A stretch of 63,967 nucleotides of DNA, the filler included, from Pelomyxa schiedti (lineage: Eukaryota > Protista > Evosea), in NCBI GenBank assembly GCA_020536535.1. It is 11 parts of 11 records of this genome, joined end to end, with 100 filler letters (N's around TTAATTAATTAA, not from the genome) between each part and the next. Parts side by side here need not be neighbours in the genome. Positions count along the whole stretch, not along the records: positions 21,405 to 24,100 come from JAHLWZ010001922.1; positions 24,201 to 36,214 come from JAHLWZ010001225.1; 9 more parts are not named here. One strand, given 5' to 3'. The notes beneath the pieces are model-generated. The model was not told the DNA's origin, searched no databases, and saw only the letters and a program-made list of their open reading frames with translations. Made by a program: the position numbers and the translations under genes. Of the stretch, positions 22,955 to 34,790 are shown piece by piece; position 1 is the first letter of the stretch, and each line of letters opens with the position of its first letter.

Positions 22955-24100
22955 TTGATGATACGAGACAGTTCTACGGGAGCAGTGGAGCACCACAACC
23001 GAGCTGTGTGGTTGTCGAGGCTATTGTGGGACAACGTTGTCCCGTGGCTTGTCGTGTCCCCAACCGACGATGGTGATGATGATCCCACAATTTCAAGTGA
23101 GGACAGTGTGACCCTGATGAATGTCGGCGAGGGCATCTTTCCTCTCGTGCCCCGCATGTGTCGCCTGGTGCTGGCCCACGACAACAAGTACTACAACGCA
23201 CTCGAGGCGGCGGCCGAGGCCGGAGCCCAGTCGTGCCTCAATTGGCTCATCGCTAACCACACCAACACCAACAACAACGCCTACGTCGAGGTCAGCGACC
23301 AAGCAGGGAACCGTAGGAACGAGACCAAGGAGTTTATTCGCGTCCTTGGGGGCCTGTGCCGTGCTGGCCACCTGGACGCCGCAACAAGGCTCGTGGACTG
23401 TGCCTGTGGTGGTGGTGGCAGCTGGCCAAGCAGTGGGATCACGTGGGGGGGCGGTTGTGGTGAAGGGCGGGAGGCATGCATTGCTGAGCACGTGAGGATG
23501 GCGGATATACTTTCTGAGGTCTGTGGGAGGGGTCACTTGAATGTGGATGGTTGCCAGGTTTGAGTACACAGGCCACCCTTGGGAGCTGTATGGGCCACTG
23601 TCAGCCGCACTTTCCAAGGGAAACCTGGAAGTGGCCAAGTGGATTGTGGCATCAATTGCTGACCCGCAGAGCCTAACAAAGTACTATGGCCATTCAAGGA
23701 AAAGCATGCATGAGTGGAAACGTGGAAGCTGTGAAGTGGGTGCTTGAAGTGTTCCCTTTGGACAGTAGTACAGTCAGTGGAAGCAAGTTCTTCCGTTACA
23801 TCAGGAAAAATTGCGCTGCAGTGTGTGAGTGCATCAAAGAGCACACTCCACTTCCATTTTATCCCGTTGACGTTGACACCATTGTAAATGCAGAGGTAAT
23901 GAGGTGGGCAACTTATGCATTTCCATTCGCCGCCACCATCACCAGTGAAACTGTTCGGAAGGTTTGCCCCAAAGAAGGTGGGTAAGCCCACACAACTGGG
24001 CATTTATTAAATTTACTTCTTGGGAACAGAATAAAGGGGGGTTGGGTTTTGAGTGGTGTCTGTTATGGGTGGAGTCTGGTGTGATTGGTTTCTGCTATGA
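22955..24100 (+). pseudogene. Same ankyrin-like family, with two apparent frameshifts (about 23545 and 23690); 3' partial
   Basis: AVWLSRLLWDNVVPW..VGEGIFPLV..AAAEAGAQSCLNWLI. The repeats GHLNV, GNLEVAKWI and GNVEAVKWV fall in three different frames. Confidence 0.65.
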
Positions 24101-24200
24101 NNNNNNNNNNNNNNNNNNNNNNNNNNNNNNNNNNNNNNNNNNNNTTAATTAATTAANNNNNNNNNNNNNNNNNNNNNNNNNNNNNNNNNNNNNNNNNNNN
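24101..24200. other. Artificial contig spacer
   Basis: 44 N + TTAATTAATTAA + 44 N. Confidence 0.99.
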
Positions 24201-25000
24201 AACAGCGAGAAAACAAATATTACGTAGCTCTCTATGTGATCATCTTGCCGATTCCACACTGCGTCGAGTGTGGCGGATGATTATATTGTGCAGAGGCAAT
24301 TTCACACATCCACAAAGAAATTACCGAGATGTGTCCAGCCGGATGTTGGGCTCTTGTACTGCCACCGCGCAAGGTACTGTTGCACAGTTTCGTGGTTCTT
24401 CTCCCAACTCACCCCAATCAACAGTCGTCTTGACAACCAATGAACAAGAATCTACTTCGGCGGTCAAATTCCCGGCGACGAGGAATTGCCTCTCCAAGGG
24501 AGCTAGCTAGCGCTCATTCTACTACAACTACAAACTGGGTTTTTGATCCAATGTAATATCAAAAAAAATATCTCTGCAAAAAATGCAACCGGACAAGCAG
24601 CAGCAGACGGGTGACTCTCTAAAAGGCACAACACAAGGTATTGTAATGAACACGCCATGTGTGCTTATTTGTCCCAACTCACAATTTTACAGCCGGCTCA
24701 GTGAACTCTTTCGCTCTTTTACCGCGGGGTTCCCGGCTTCCTCGGGGTGCAAAGCAGTTTTTCACATGACATTCCGGCAAAATCCATCCTCTCCTATCCC
24801 GGTGACTCGACCACAAAACACAAGGTATTTTAATGAACAGCTCTGGTTTTTTTCTCCAGCTCACAATTTCACAGTGCCGTCATGGGTGCCCAAAGCAAAA
24901 TTCTGCAATTCCATCCTGGTCCAATGCTATCAATCCCGGTGGTAATCTCCAGCCATGTCTTGACCATTTCAAATGGCTACCGCTTGCACACACCCCCAAA

Positions 25001-25226
25001 GAGAAATCAGAATTGGAGGGTCGGCTCCCCATGAGCACCCTTCCCCTGTTGTCACACCCAAGTTCCGCGGGGGTCTTTGGTAACCCCAAACAATTCCCAG
25101 ACCAAACCCAACTGGGCTGGGAATCCCCCGCGGAGTACTGGGTGTAAACGGGGGGTTGTTGGGTGGGTGCTCGTGGGGTAATCCAGCTGTAATCCCCCAT
25201 TCAATGCCACCCCAATTCTGATTCTC
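25001..25226. repeat. About 225-bp imperfect fold-back (nested inverted repeats)
   Basis: Paired arms GAGAAATCAGAATTGG/CCAATTCTGATTCTC, CCCCATGAGCACCC/GGGTGCTCGTGGGG, ACACCCAAGTTCCGCGGGGG/CCCCCGCGGAGTACTGGGTGT, and an inner ATTCCCAG/CTGGGAAT. Confidence 0.85.
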
Positions 25227-25585
25227 GTGCAAAACCCCCAATGCGCAGCCTGTTGGTCACAATGAGACATCCCCCCCAATCAAATACCACCAACCAAGGC
25301 ACCCACTCCCAATCATGTGAATATGGACATATTGTACAAAAAGACCCTTTTTTTTGCCAAAAACAAAGGCGTTGTCTCTTTTCTGTGGGTAATAATCAGG
25401 GTGGGTTTTTCGTACTGTCACTGTTTATTGGTTGTCTTTTTTCGATGAGGGTGCCTGTCAGGAACACAGTTTTATCAAGATCTCAAACAGAAGATTCGGG
25501 AAACTGGCGAAACGGCACTTCCCTGCCAAAACGAAACAATGGAAGAAACACCGAAATCCACATAAACATAAAATAAAACAACGAG

Positions 25586-28500
25586 ATGGGAGATGGCGGT
25601 GCTGCGGGTGTTGTCATGGACGAGAACGTGGTGGAGGAGTGCGTGGTAACGACTACGTTCGGCGTTATGGTGTCGTGCACCCTGCTGTGCCTGATGATCT
25701 ACACCCTCCCTAAAACAATACGGCTCTGGAACATCCCTGTCTTTATTGTGGGTGTGCACTGCCATCCTTGACAATTTTTGTTTTTTTTGGTTTTTCTTTC
25801 CTTCCCCTCAGACAATGGAATAATCGTTTGGTCTCCTAGGAATCTTGCTCTCTTTAACTTCACTTGGTGTCATTGTGTTGATTAAAGAGCTGGATCCTTA
25901 TGTTATTGTCTTGGTGTTCTTGCCACCCATTTTGTTCCAGTCTGGGTTGGAGATTGACTTCCACATATTTAAGAGACTGGCTTTCCAAGCGATCCTCCTG
26001 GCGGGTCCAGGTTTTTCCCTTTTCTGCCAATATCTCGCTTCTTGTTTGCCAATGAGTGGTTTTTTAGGAGTATTAGTATCCGCTGCTATCACTGCCATAA
26101 TGGCTAAATACCTTTTTATTGACTATAATTGGGGTTGGGCTGAAAGCTTCCTATTGGTGTGATCTTCACTTTTTACTTCCCTGTTTTCTAATTACTCAGG
26201 GAGCTGCCTTGTCGGCCACAGACCCTGTCTCCACTATTGCAACTGTGAAGAAGCTGAAAGCTTCCCCCAGGTTGAGTGTGCTGATTGAAGGTTTTTCTTG
26301 CTATGGACGACTTCTATTCACTTAAATGCTATTTGTGAGTTAAGGAGAAGCACTACTGAACGATGGGACTGCTTTTGTGCTCTTTTCAATTGTTGAAAGT
26401 GCAATGATTGAGAACTCCGTCAATGCACTTGATATATTTGTATCATTTATGCGTGTAAGAGTTTGAGGGTAATTTTTTCTGCTCACATTTGTTTCCAATA
26501 GCTTACAGTGGGAGGCCCTCTCTTTGGACTTGCCGTGGGAATTGCTACCTATTTATGGTTACGGACTCTGAGAAAGAAACCAATCTTGGAGATCACAATA
26601 TTGATGATAGCAGTGTTTAGTACGATGTTCCTGTCAGGTTTGCGCTTCCCACGCTGTGCCGAGCTTTACCTTGATCCAAGAGTGGATGGACACATCTGGA
26701 GTTCTTGCAGTTGTAACTTTAGGACTCTGGATGGCGTACAAAGGAAAATTTGGTCTCAGTCCTAACACACTAGAGGTTCCCCTCAACTTAATTTTGTCGT
26801 TGTAACTCGTTTCCAGCCAAACTCTGTTGTTTGGGAAGAATTGGAATACATAATCAACTCCCTCATTTTTTTCTTCTCCGGCGTGATCGTTTATCACTCG
26901 TTGTCCGTAACGAACGCATGGGATTGGGTAAATATGTTGATACTTTTCATCGCTCTGCAGGTACGCCTTGAATGAATGGAAGGTCAATCAACAACCAATA
27001 GATTTCCCGGGCAGTGGCAATATTACTTCTTTGGCCAGCTCTTCGTTACACTGGCTACGGATTTAATTACAAGAAATTTATTATGCTTTGGAGTGCTGGT
27101 TTGCGAGGGGGTGTGTCACTATCACTGGCACTATTTGTATCAAACAACACCGAATTTGACCCCACATTCCGCCTGCAGTTTGTCACGCAGGTACAGTACT
27201 GCTGAATCTTGAGCAGCAGTTCAACATATCAATCAGGTCATTGGGACGGTGTTCCTCACATCTATTATTAATGGCATTGCTGCCAAACCACTTTACCAAC
27301 TCTTGAAGTTTGAGCAGTTCAACCCCAACTCTGTTGCGCTCTTTTCTCATGCTCTTCGTGATCTTGAGAAGTATGGATGTAATTTCCTTCTCACCCATTG
27401 ACACTTTACATAGTGATACGAGTGCGTTTATCAAACAGCTTGAGACCCAGTCGACTCTTTCTAAAGTTGAATGGTACCTCATTAACAGTGGCGTCCCACA
27501 AATGATTGGAGATGACGAAGAGCTGAGTGTAAAAATTCGCGACTGGGTTTCTGCATGGAAATCACGGCTACGTGAAGTAAGATCAGAAATATTCTTTGAA
27601 AACGTTGAGGTTTGCAGTATGTTCGTGTGGCTTTCAGCTCTTATAATTGACTGCAGGAAGAAAAAAACCGCGCTGAATCATCCTCTCATGCTTGTGAGGA
27701 AGCTAGTGATTCGGAAGGGGCAATACTGGTATATACGGCTTTTTGCTTTTGGATGATCCAAAAATCAACAGGCCCGGGCACTGTTTGTTCGTCTAATCAA
27801 AGCCAATATAATGAAAGAGCACGAATCTGCTGGCCATTTGGCTCCAGGGCGGATTATGGAGCTAATTGGTCTCGTTGATGAGACATCAGATGACCCTGCT
27901 CATATCTTTCAGCTCACACGGACAGAGCTACACAAAATGTTTTACCCTAAATATGTACGAAATCCAGGTCCCCGTTCTTCCTGATTCTCTTTAGTTGTGC
28001 CCTCTTCTTCCTGGAGTTCCTGTATTCCACCCTTTGACTGTATTTTTTACCTTCAAGCGGTTGAGGAGAATTCTTGTGCACTGCAATTCCCTTCTCAAGT
28101 GCTTCAATACTGCTGCCCAAACAGTTCAAGCAGAAACCGGGATTGGCTTTGAGAAGCAGTTGAAGGATCTCACAGAAATGATAACGCATGAGCTCACCCG
28201 CTTGCGCGGTAGATATCGCCAGGTAGGGTCTTCCCTCAGAGACTCTCCTTTTTCCAACGATATGGCAGATTTACTGGCTCGCAGTTCACTCAATTGCCCT
28301 AGTTATGGTCTTACATTACAAGAAAGAGAAGTTGGACGAACTGATGAAAGATGGTTTCATAGATGAAAAGACCAGAGATTTTACAGTTAAATGTTGCAAT
28401 AAAGTTTCTCGCGGTAATTCTGCCCCGCCGTTGCATTCTCTCACTTTAATTCTCAGGCCTCCACTCGATCCCACTTATATGGAAGTTCTGGCCTGTTCTA

Positions 28501-28644
28501 TCCCTATCCCGAGCGGAAATGCTACTACTTCCTGAAGAGCCCACAGGTGCAAAGGACTCTACCGATTTAGAATCAGTGGATATGGCTGCCTCTGTGCCTG
28601 ATGACGATGCCGGAACAGTCAAAATGGTAATTCTACGCAAGTAG
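25586..28644 (+). CDS. CPA1 Na+/H+ antiporter, SOS1/NHX7-like, many introns
   Basis: DPYVIVLVFLPPILFQSG, QAILLAGPG, GAALSATDPVS, LIEG|EALLNDGTAFVLF, SGVLAVVTLG, WSAGLRGGVSLSLAL. Confidence 0.93.
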
Positions 28645-28760
28645 AGTCTTCACCAAGAAACTCTCCGGCCCCAACAAGCAAACCCACACAACTACTACGT
28701 AGATGCAATCAGTAACTAATAAGAAACGTATTGGCGTAAGTATTTCCATTATAAAGTAAA

Positions 28761-30524
28761 TTACAACTGAAAGAGTGGCAAAATCTCCTGGAATGTGTAC
28801 TCAAGAATGAGGTGTATGGATTCCATCGGGATTGTAAATATACATGCCGTATCTCCTTTCTTCCACTGGCATAGCTTCAAGGCATTAGGGCAAGTGACAT
28901 GAAAGAACACAAACCATAAGGGATATGATCTTCTTTTGGAAGTAGGCCTCCTTTGTGTATTGGGCAAAGTCCTCCGGTGATTGCATCGTGAACTCTGTGG
29001 GGAGATAATTCCCCTTAACTGAGACCCACATTATGTGGTTTCAATGTGAGTATGATTGTTAAGGAAGTAGAACAGCGACTTTACTGTTAAGTGATTGAAG
29101 CATCGGCAAAGCACCAATGTAAGTAAGGGGTAGATCAGTGAGCCCATTCCTTGATACTGGCAAAAACGTGAGGAACATATCAGTGAAGGTAAGAACATAC
29201 AATCGAGAGTTTCCAGTGCTGTCAGGCAGCTTATGCAAGTGGGAATTTCTTCTATTTTATTGACTGACACTATTTGTATCTGAACATGTGAGGGTTTTCT
29301 TGATTTGTTTTTGCACAGGTCAGTGCATACAGTTTAGCAACTTGAGCTTCTTTAAAGTCGATATTTCCTCAGGAATTTCTCGAATCTTGTTGAACTGCAC
29401 TAGGAATCATTATGTGGGAGTGCAAACTTATACTATTGTAATAGTATTAGCATCACGTACAATGCAATTCAGCCAAGTCAACCATTCGGCTAATTGAGCA
29501 TGGAATATGTTCAATTTCATTCGATCCCACTAAGGCAATGTCAGAATAAAAAAATAGAGTAGAATGTGTCAACACACAGTTGAGGTGAGTCAAATTTGTC
29601 CTGTCCATCACAGACTGTGGTACGTGCCTAATCCCCAATCCCCTCACTGTTTTAAAGCAAACCCACAATTTAAATGTGGGTTTAAATTCTTTGCTTGTAT
29701 ATATACATAGTCTAATCCCTTTTGTTACCCACAATGACACAATTAAAAACGTAATAATAATTACGTTGTAGGCGCGAATCGGCAGGGGGCCTCGCTATCA
29801 TCCCGATAGTAGCACGACATGTCTCCGAGAAACCACCCCCAAGCCCTGCACCTGCCGTCCCATAACTCCCCGATGCCTCCTCCTTGTGATGCCCACTCAT
29901 ACCACAGAGAACCCGCCTGCGTGTGTTTTGGAGAAAACGAAAACTGATTGCAATGAGTTTTCGTCCTACGATTCGTTTGTTTTGGGCGGGGGTAAACCCA
30001 TCGCTTTAGCCTCAGCCAGTTTGATGCGCCGATCCATTTCGTCAATGTCACGACCGGAGCAATTGCCATTCTCCAGGAGTTGGGCCTTTTGTTTGATGAG
30101 TCGCAACAGTTCTTCCGCGTAGTCTATCCTGACGCGCAAGTCGTCTTTGGGTTTTCTGCAATGCAATTTAACAACAGGTGGCATTGTGAGTCAACGCATC
30201 ACCCACCTGTTGTCCATGTGTGTGCTAGGGCCTGTGGGAACAGTGATGATTAAAATTTGATTTACTGAGTTCTGTGAAGTGGCAGCCACTGCAACAGCTC
30301 GTGTGGGGTGCACACATCTACACATGGAAAGCAAAAGAGGAATGGAGGGAACAAGAGGCAACCACACAAAAGCTTGCGAAGCCCAGTAAGGACTGCAAGG
30401 GGGCCAAGTGATGGTATTTTTGAGGCAGCAACCTGTGCTGCAAGGGAGCTACCCAATCAGGCAAAAAAAAGTCTTTAACTTTCTCAAGTAAGTCCTGGAT
30501 TTCGGAGCTGTAACCACTCCACAT
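28761..30524 (-). CDS. Leucine-rich repeat protein, roughly one LRR per exon (5' end uncertain)
   Basis: Exons LRGLGIRHVPQSV, SNEIEHIPCSISRMVDLAEL, FNKIREIPEEISTLKKLKLL, VNKIEEIPTCISCLTALETL, NGLTDLP..LPMLQSL, LRGNYLP. Confidence 0.75.
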
Positions 30525-30782
30525 ACATGAAGTACTCTGTACCTACTATGCACCCTATGCACCGTGATACCCACTACCTTACAACCAACACAAATGTAAC
30601 CGCTTCACTGGCAGTGAGCCAACTGTACTTGATGTGACCCACTCCTCCAGCTGCATCTACTCTCTACAAACGAAAAACTGGATTTTTTATGGGAAATCTA
30701 CACACAAGTAGACAACCTACCTACAACGGCGACCCACAGCGAAACGATACAGGTTGAGGCACGACCTGGCCTCGCCTTCTCG

Positions 30783-31979
30783 GTGACCGCCCACACCGCC
30801 AGCGGTGCCACCAGCACGTTCCTTGCCATGGCGGCGTCGTCGCATGGTCGGTGCGGGGCCGGCAGCGCCGCGCGGCCCGTGTTCTCGTCCGCGCACCTCG
30901 CTCGCCTGTTCTGGGACTCCTTCTTCGCCGGGTCCTCGAGGGTGGCCCTGGTGGTCTCCAACCCGCCCGGGGAGCGCCCGCCCATCTCGGTTTTGTTCGC
31001 CCTGCGCACCGGGGTCGCGTGCAGGGGGCAGCTGCTGCGCCAGCCCCCACGCCGCGAATATGCGCGGTGCAGCGGGCTGCCTTATGGCGTGCAACGGTGG
31101 ATAGCACCCAACGTGGGGGTCGAGGTGCTGTGTGAAGCAGAGGGGCTTAGGTTCACCAAAGTGCCCGGCAACCCTGCGGATGCCGTTGGTGGGCGGCAGA
31201 CGGGCTATATTCTTACTGCCATTCCGGAAGAGGCCATTAATTCCAAGTGGGCAGTTTTCGTTGATCGCTCTACGAACTGCAGGACTCTGATCATCAAGAG
31301 AATTGGAGATTGGGTGCAGGTTCCACTGCAAGACTCAACTGCAGAAGAGATTGTGGGAATCGACACTGCATTGGTTCCTCTTCCTGAGAATGCGTACTGC
31401 CGAGTCGTTTTCAACAAGATGGTTGATGACGAGGCACTTCTCATTCTGTCTGGTGAAACCATTGAGATCACTCTGTTAGATGTTGAGCTCACACACAAAT
31501 CAAAGATAGTTGTGGCAGTGGGAGCCCCAGTGACAGTGTGCAATTTGGATCCCATGTTCGCAGATGGTGATTCTCTGGTGACGAGGAAGAAGAATGGCGA
31601 TGTTGTGTTCATCCTGAGTGAATGGAAGGATTTCTGTCTGGAATATGTTGGCCTGGTTGCAGTGGATGCCAAAACGGGAAATGTGGTACATCTCACAGGC
31701 AGGTGCAGCAGCCTGACGCAGGTCAGCACCTCAGTGTTTTGTGTATGGTGCAGCCCTGACCATTCATATCAATTGTGGGACTGCAACAACTTGGAACAAC
31801 CGCTGAGTACACACTGTGATGATGGGTTTGATCAGGTGGTTGGTGGCAGGGGATTCCTGTTTACAGTCTCTCGTGGGAAGATTCTCGTGATCGATTCTCT
31901 CTCCGGTGGTGTTGTGGTCACCTTTGATGCTCCATGTCAATGGAAATCGCTAACCATAGCTCCCTATTGCTTTCTATAA
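30783..31979 (+). CDS. Expanded 'RCG..S.AR' family protein (helical N-terminus + beta-rich C-terminus)
   Basis: Intronless 398-aa ORF: TFLAMAASSHGRCGAGSAARPV...LARLFW, with C-terminal FCVW...YQLWDCNN...FDQVVGGRGFLF. Confidence 0.75.
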   Translation: MTAHTASGATSTFLAMAASSHGRCGAGSAARPVFSSAHLARLFWDSFFAGSSRVALVVSNPPGERPPISVLFALRTGVACRGQLLRQPPRREYARCSGLPYGVQRWIAPNVGVEVLCEAEGLRFTKVPGNPADAVGGRQTGYILTAIPEEAINSKWAVFVDRSTNCRTLIIKRIGDWVQVPLQDSTAEEIVGIDTALVPLPENAYCRVVFNKMVDDEALLILSGETIEITLLDVELTHKSKIVVAVGAPVTVCNLDPMFADGDSLVTRKKNGDVVFILSEWKDFCLEYVGLVAVDAKTGNVVHLTGRCSSLTQVSTSVFCVWCSPDHSYQLWDCNNLEQPLSTHCDDGFDQVVGGRGFLFTVSRGKILVIDSLSGGVVVTFDAPCQWKSLTIAPYCFL

Positions 31980-32056
31980 AAATCTCCAACAGAAAGTTTA
32001 AAAACTTCATTGGTGGTGTGGCGTTGTCTCAATGCTCTATCACTTCGTTTTTCACA

Positions 32057-32921
32057 ATGGCTTCTGAAAGGAAAAAAATGAAGAATCCATCTCTGAGAAA
32101 AAAAGAACTCAGTGATGGCGGCAACCACCGAGTGTAACGGTTCGTTTATCGGAGCATTTTTTGTTTGTTGATTCCTGACAAAAAGAAAAACCACTGTTGG
32201 TTCAGGAGAGGGGGTTGGTGGAGGCACTGGGACTAAACGTGGGAAAGAGAGTGTTCAGAAATGTGAGTGACAACCATGCGAGGAAGTTTCATGCTTGTTG
32301 TGACCAAAGGCCCAACACTGATCATTGCTAAGGTACATCCTGCCTGTCGATAAAAATCACAAAACACAGTCGGTGAATGGGTTTGTCTTTGGAGGATACA
32401 CTGCACAAGATTGGGATGGTTCTCTAAGTTCTTATGTAGCAGACACAACTGGAACCAATTTCCTTTTCTCATGGAAAAGGCCAGGTATGTCTTTTCATCT
32501 TCACAACCAAGTGATAAAATGTAACCAGGCACAAGCTTCGTTGAAGGTCTTGTGAAGTTCCCAATTGTACCCAGTCCCGAAAAAGCCAAAGCAACATACT
32601 CTCGCTATGAGTTTGTATTTGTCACTTTTCCTTTTTTTTATTATTTACTGGGCATCAGCCATGGTCCATGCTTTGGTGCAGGGAATGATCTATGGATTGC
32701 CCACAATTGCTTTTCTTCACCATCTGCCAGCTCAATACTACTGAGCTCTTATGGACTTCCGCATCCTGTTCCACAAGTATGGCCTCTTGGATTTAGGAGT
32801 GTGACGATTCTTTGTTTAGGAGTTCGACACAATACGTGACACTCTGGATGTTGACTCGTGGTTGGGTGGAGCTCCTAAATTCCAACTTACTGAATATGAA
32901 GTTTACATTGTGATGTCCTGA
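32057..32921 (+). pseudogene. TLDc-domain gene with an apparent frameshift at about 32305
   Basis: KRVFRNVSDNHARKFHACCD is out of frame with KGPTLIIAK. Downstream: FVFGGYT..W, NFLFS, HGPCFGAGNDLWI, FQLTEYEVY*. Confidence 0.7.
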
Positions 32922-32965
32922 ATAAATAAGGAAATTTTTTTCCCCCCAGTATCCACCACACTTCA

Positions 32966-34574
32966 TCAGCCCTGTCTGATTGCAGGTTCATCAGGCAAGC
33001 CTATCTTGATTTTCACCTCAAGTCGCCCTGGCCTGGTCAGAGCTTCATCGATCAAATCCAGACTGTTGGTCATGCCGATTAAAAGGAGGTTGTTCAGCTG
33101 ATTCACGCCATCAAGTTTCACCAAAAGTTGGTTGACAATGCTGTCTGCCACATTGGTACCCCCAGTGGCACCACTGCCTCTGGCCCGGCATATAGAATCT
33201 AATTCATCTATGACGATGACGTGGAGTTCGGCGTCATCCCCGTTCCGCCTAAAGAAAATCATCAGAAGTGAGCACACAAGGGGAAAACATACTCGAAGTC
33301 CGCTTCAGCTTCTGCAAAGAGTTCTCTGATATTTTCTTCAGGCTTGCCAAAATAATTGTTTAACATCTCTAACTATGAGTGAGAATATAAGAGCTGCAAG
33401 AGTAAAAAAACCTGGGCCCCATTTTACGATTGGCTCCTTCCCATTGAACATTTTCCCAATTTGTCTTGCCATAAGAATTTTTCCAGGGCCTGGAGGACCG
33501 TAGAGAATGATGCCCTTCACATGTTTCTGACAAAGGTTCTTAGTCATGAAATGTGACCCAAAAAGATGCAGCACGAATGCCCGTCGAAATACTTCAGTGA
33601 ACTCTCTCTCCAGACCACCGATTCCCAAAGCATATGCATCAAGATTGTTTTGCTTGAACTGGTTACCAGGGGTTGCGCTGATCAATGTAAGGGTATCATA
33701 ATTATGAAAGGGAGGCAACCTGCTAGGATACAGGACTTTCATTGTGGAGGTTGCAGCTCGTTTTATCTCTATGATGGCGCAACGAGATAGAACTGCTCTC
33801 CCAACTTCAACTCCGAAAATCTTCGAGCCATCAGGGTTAACAGTTTCCACACGAGCAGGTGAAGCCGTTGTTGTGGACGGAGTTAGAACTTCACTCTTCT
33901 TTGGGAGTGAGGGACTCATTGGAGACGTGAGAGTGGCCCAATCAACAGCACGAATATTTGCCACTTTGAATTTCACGTTCGCTCCAGCAGGTTCAAAATG
34001 AAGGCCAATCTGGGTTGCAGGAAGTTACTGAAAAGTGGAAATGAGAAAATATAGAAATACCGTCTGTTCCCTTGATACAAACTGCTTTAAGAGTGAGTTT
34101 GTCACCAAGTCCTTGAGCTGCGAAGCATCCACTGGTGGGTAGTCCTTTCTGGCTGCCATCCAATCCACCTCCAAGGACAGATGCCAGGCGTGAACAAAGG
34201 GGTCAGTGGGAACATATGGAGCCACAGCAACAGAATCACCAAGGGCCAGTAGGAGTTGTTGTCGCTGCCAAGGAGACAAGCATATGCAACCCTGTTCCAC
34301 AGGTGGTGTGGTTTTGGAGATAGCATAATTGAACACCAAGCTCTTTATCTGTCAACAAAATTTTTTAATTAATTTCATGAATCAAAAAAACAGGTTTTAT
34401 GCATACCATGACATAGTTTCTTCCGGGCAATCCCATAACGTTGTTATTCACAACCGCGTACTCCCTCAGTGCCGTGGCCTCCAACTTGTCCGCGTCCAGC
34501 GGGTGCACGTACACCAAGTTGGTCAGTGCGCACTCGGGCGACGGCGATCTCCCCACCCTCAGCATCAGTGCCAT
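32966..34574 (-). pseudogene. NSF: Truncated, degenerate NSF/Sec18 paralogue (N domain + partial D1, no D2)
   Basis: ALTNLVYVHP; LGIGGLEREFTEVFRRAF; KHVKGIILYGPPGPGKILMARQIG; [11 protein letters not shown]; [38 protein letters not shown]. Confidence 0.8.
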
Positions 34575-34790
34575 CCTCGCTGCGTGTGTCGATGTTGAAT
34601 TAGGGGATGGTTGTATTGAGGGGTATTAACGATGTCGTTGGCCATAATTCAAGTTTTCAACCATCATTTCTGGGAAACTGGAACGTGGTAAAAAAAAGGA
34701 TTCGAGAAATGTAGGCTGAGCCCCAAACGCAAAAAAGCCCTTCTTCCTTGAGGGGCTTTCTTGATATTCCAAATAGTGGATACTTGTATT

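Noticed and set aside
24268-24945. Short ORFs upstream of the fold-back
   Set aside because: No recognisable motif or convincing splice structure.
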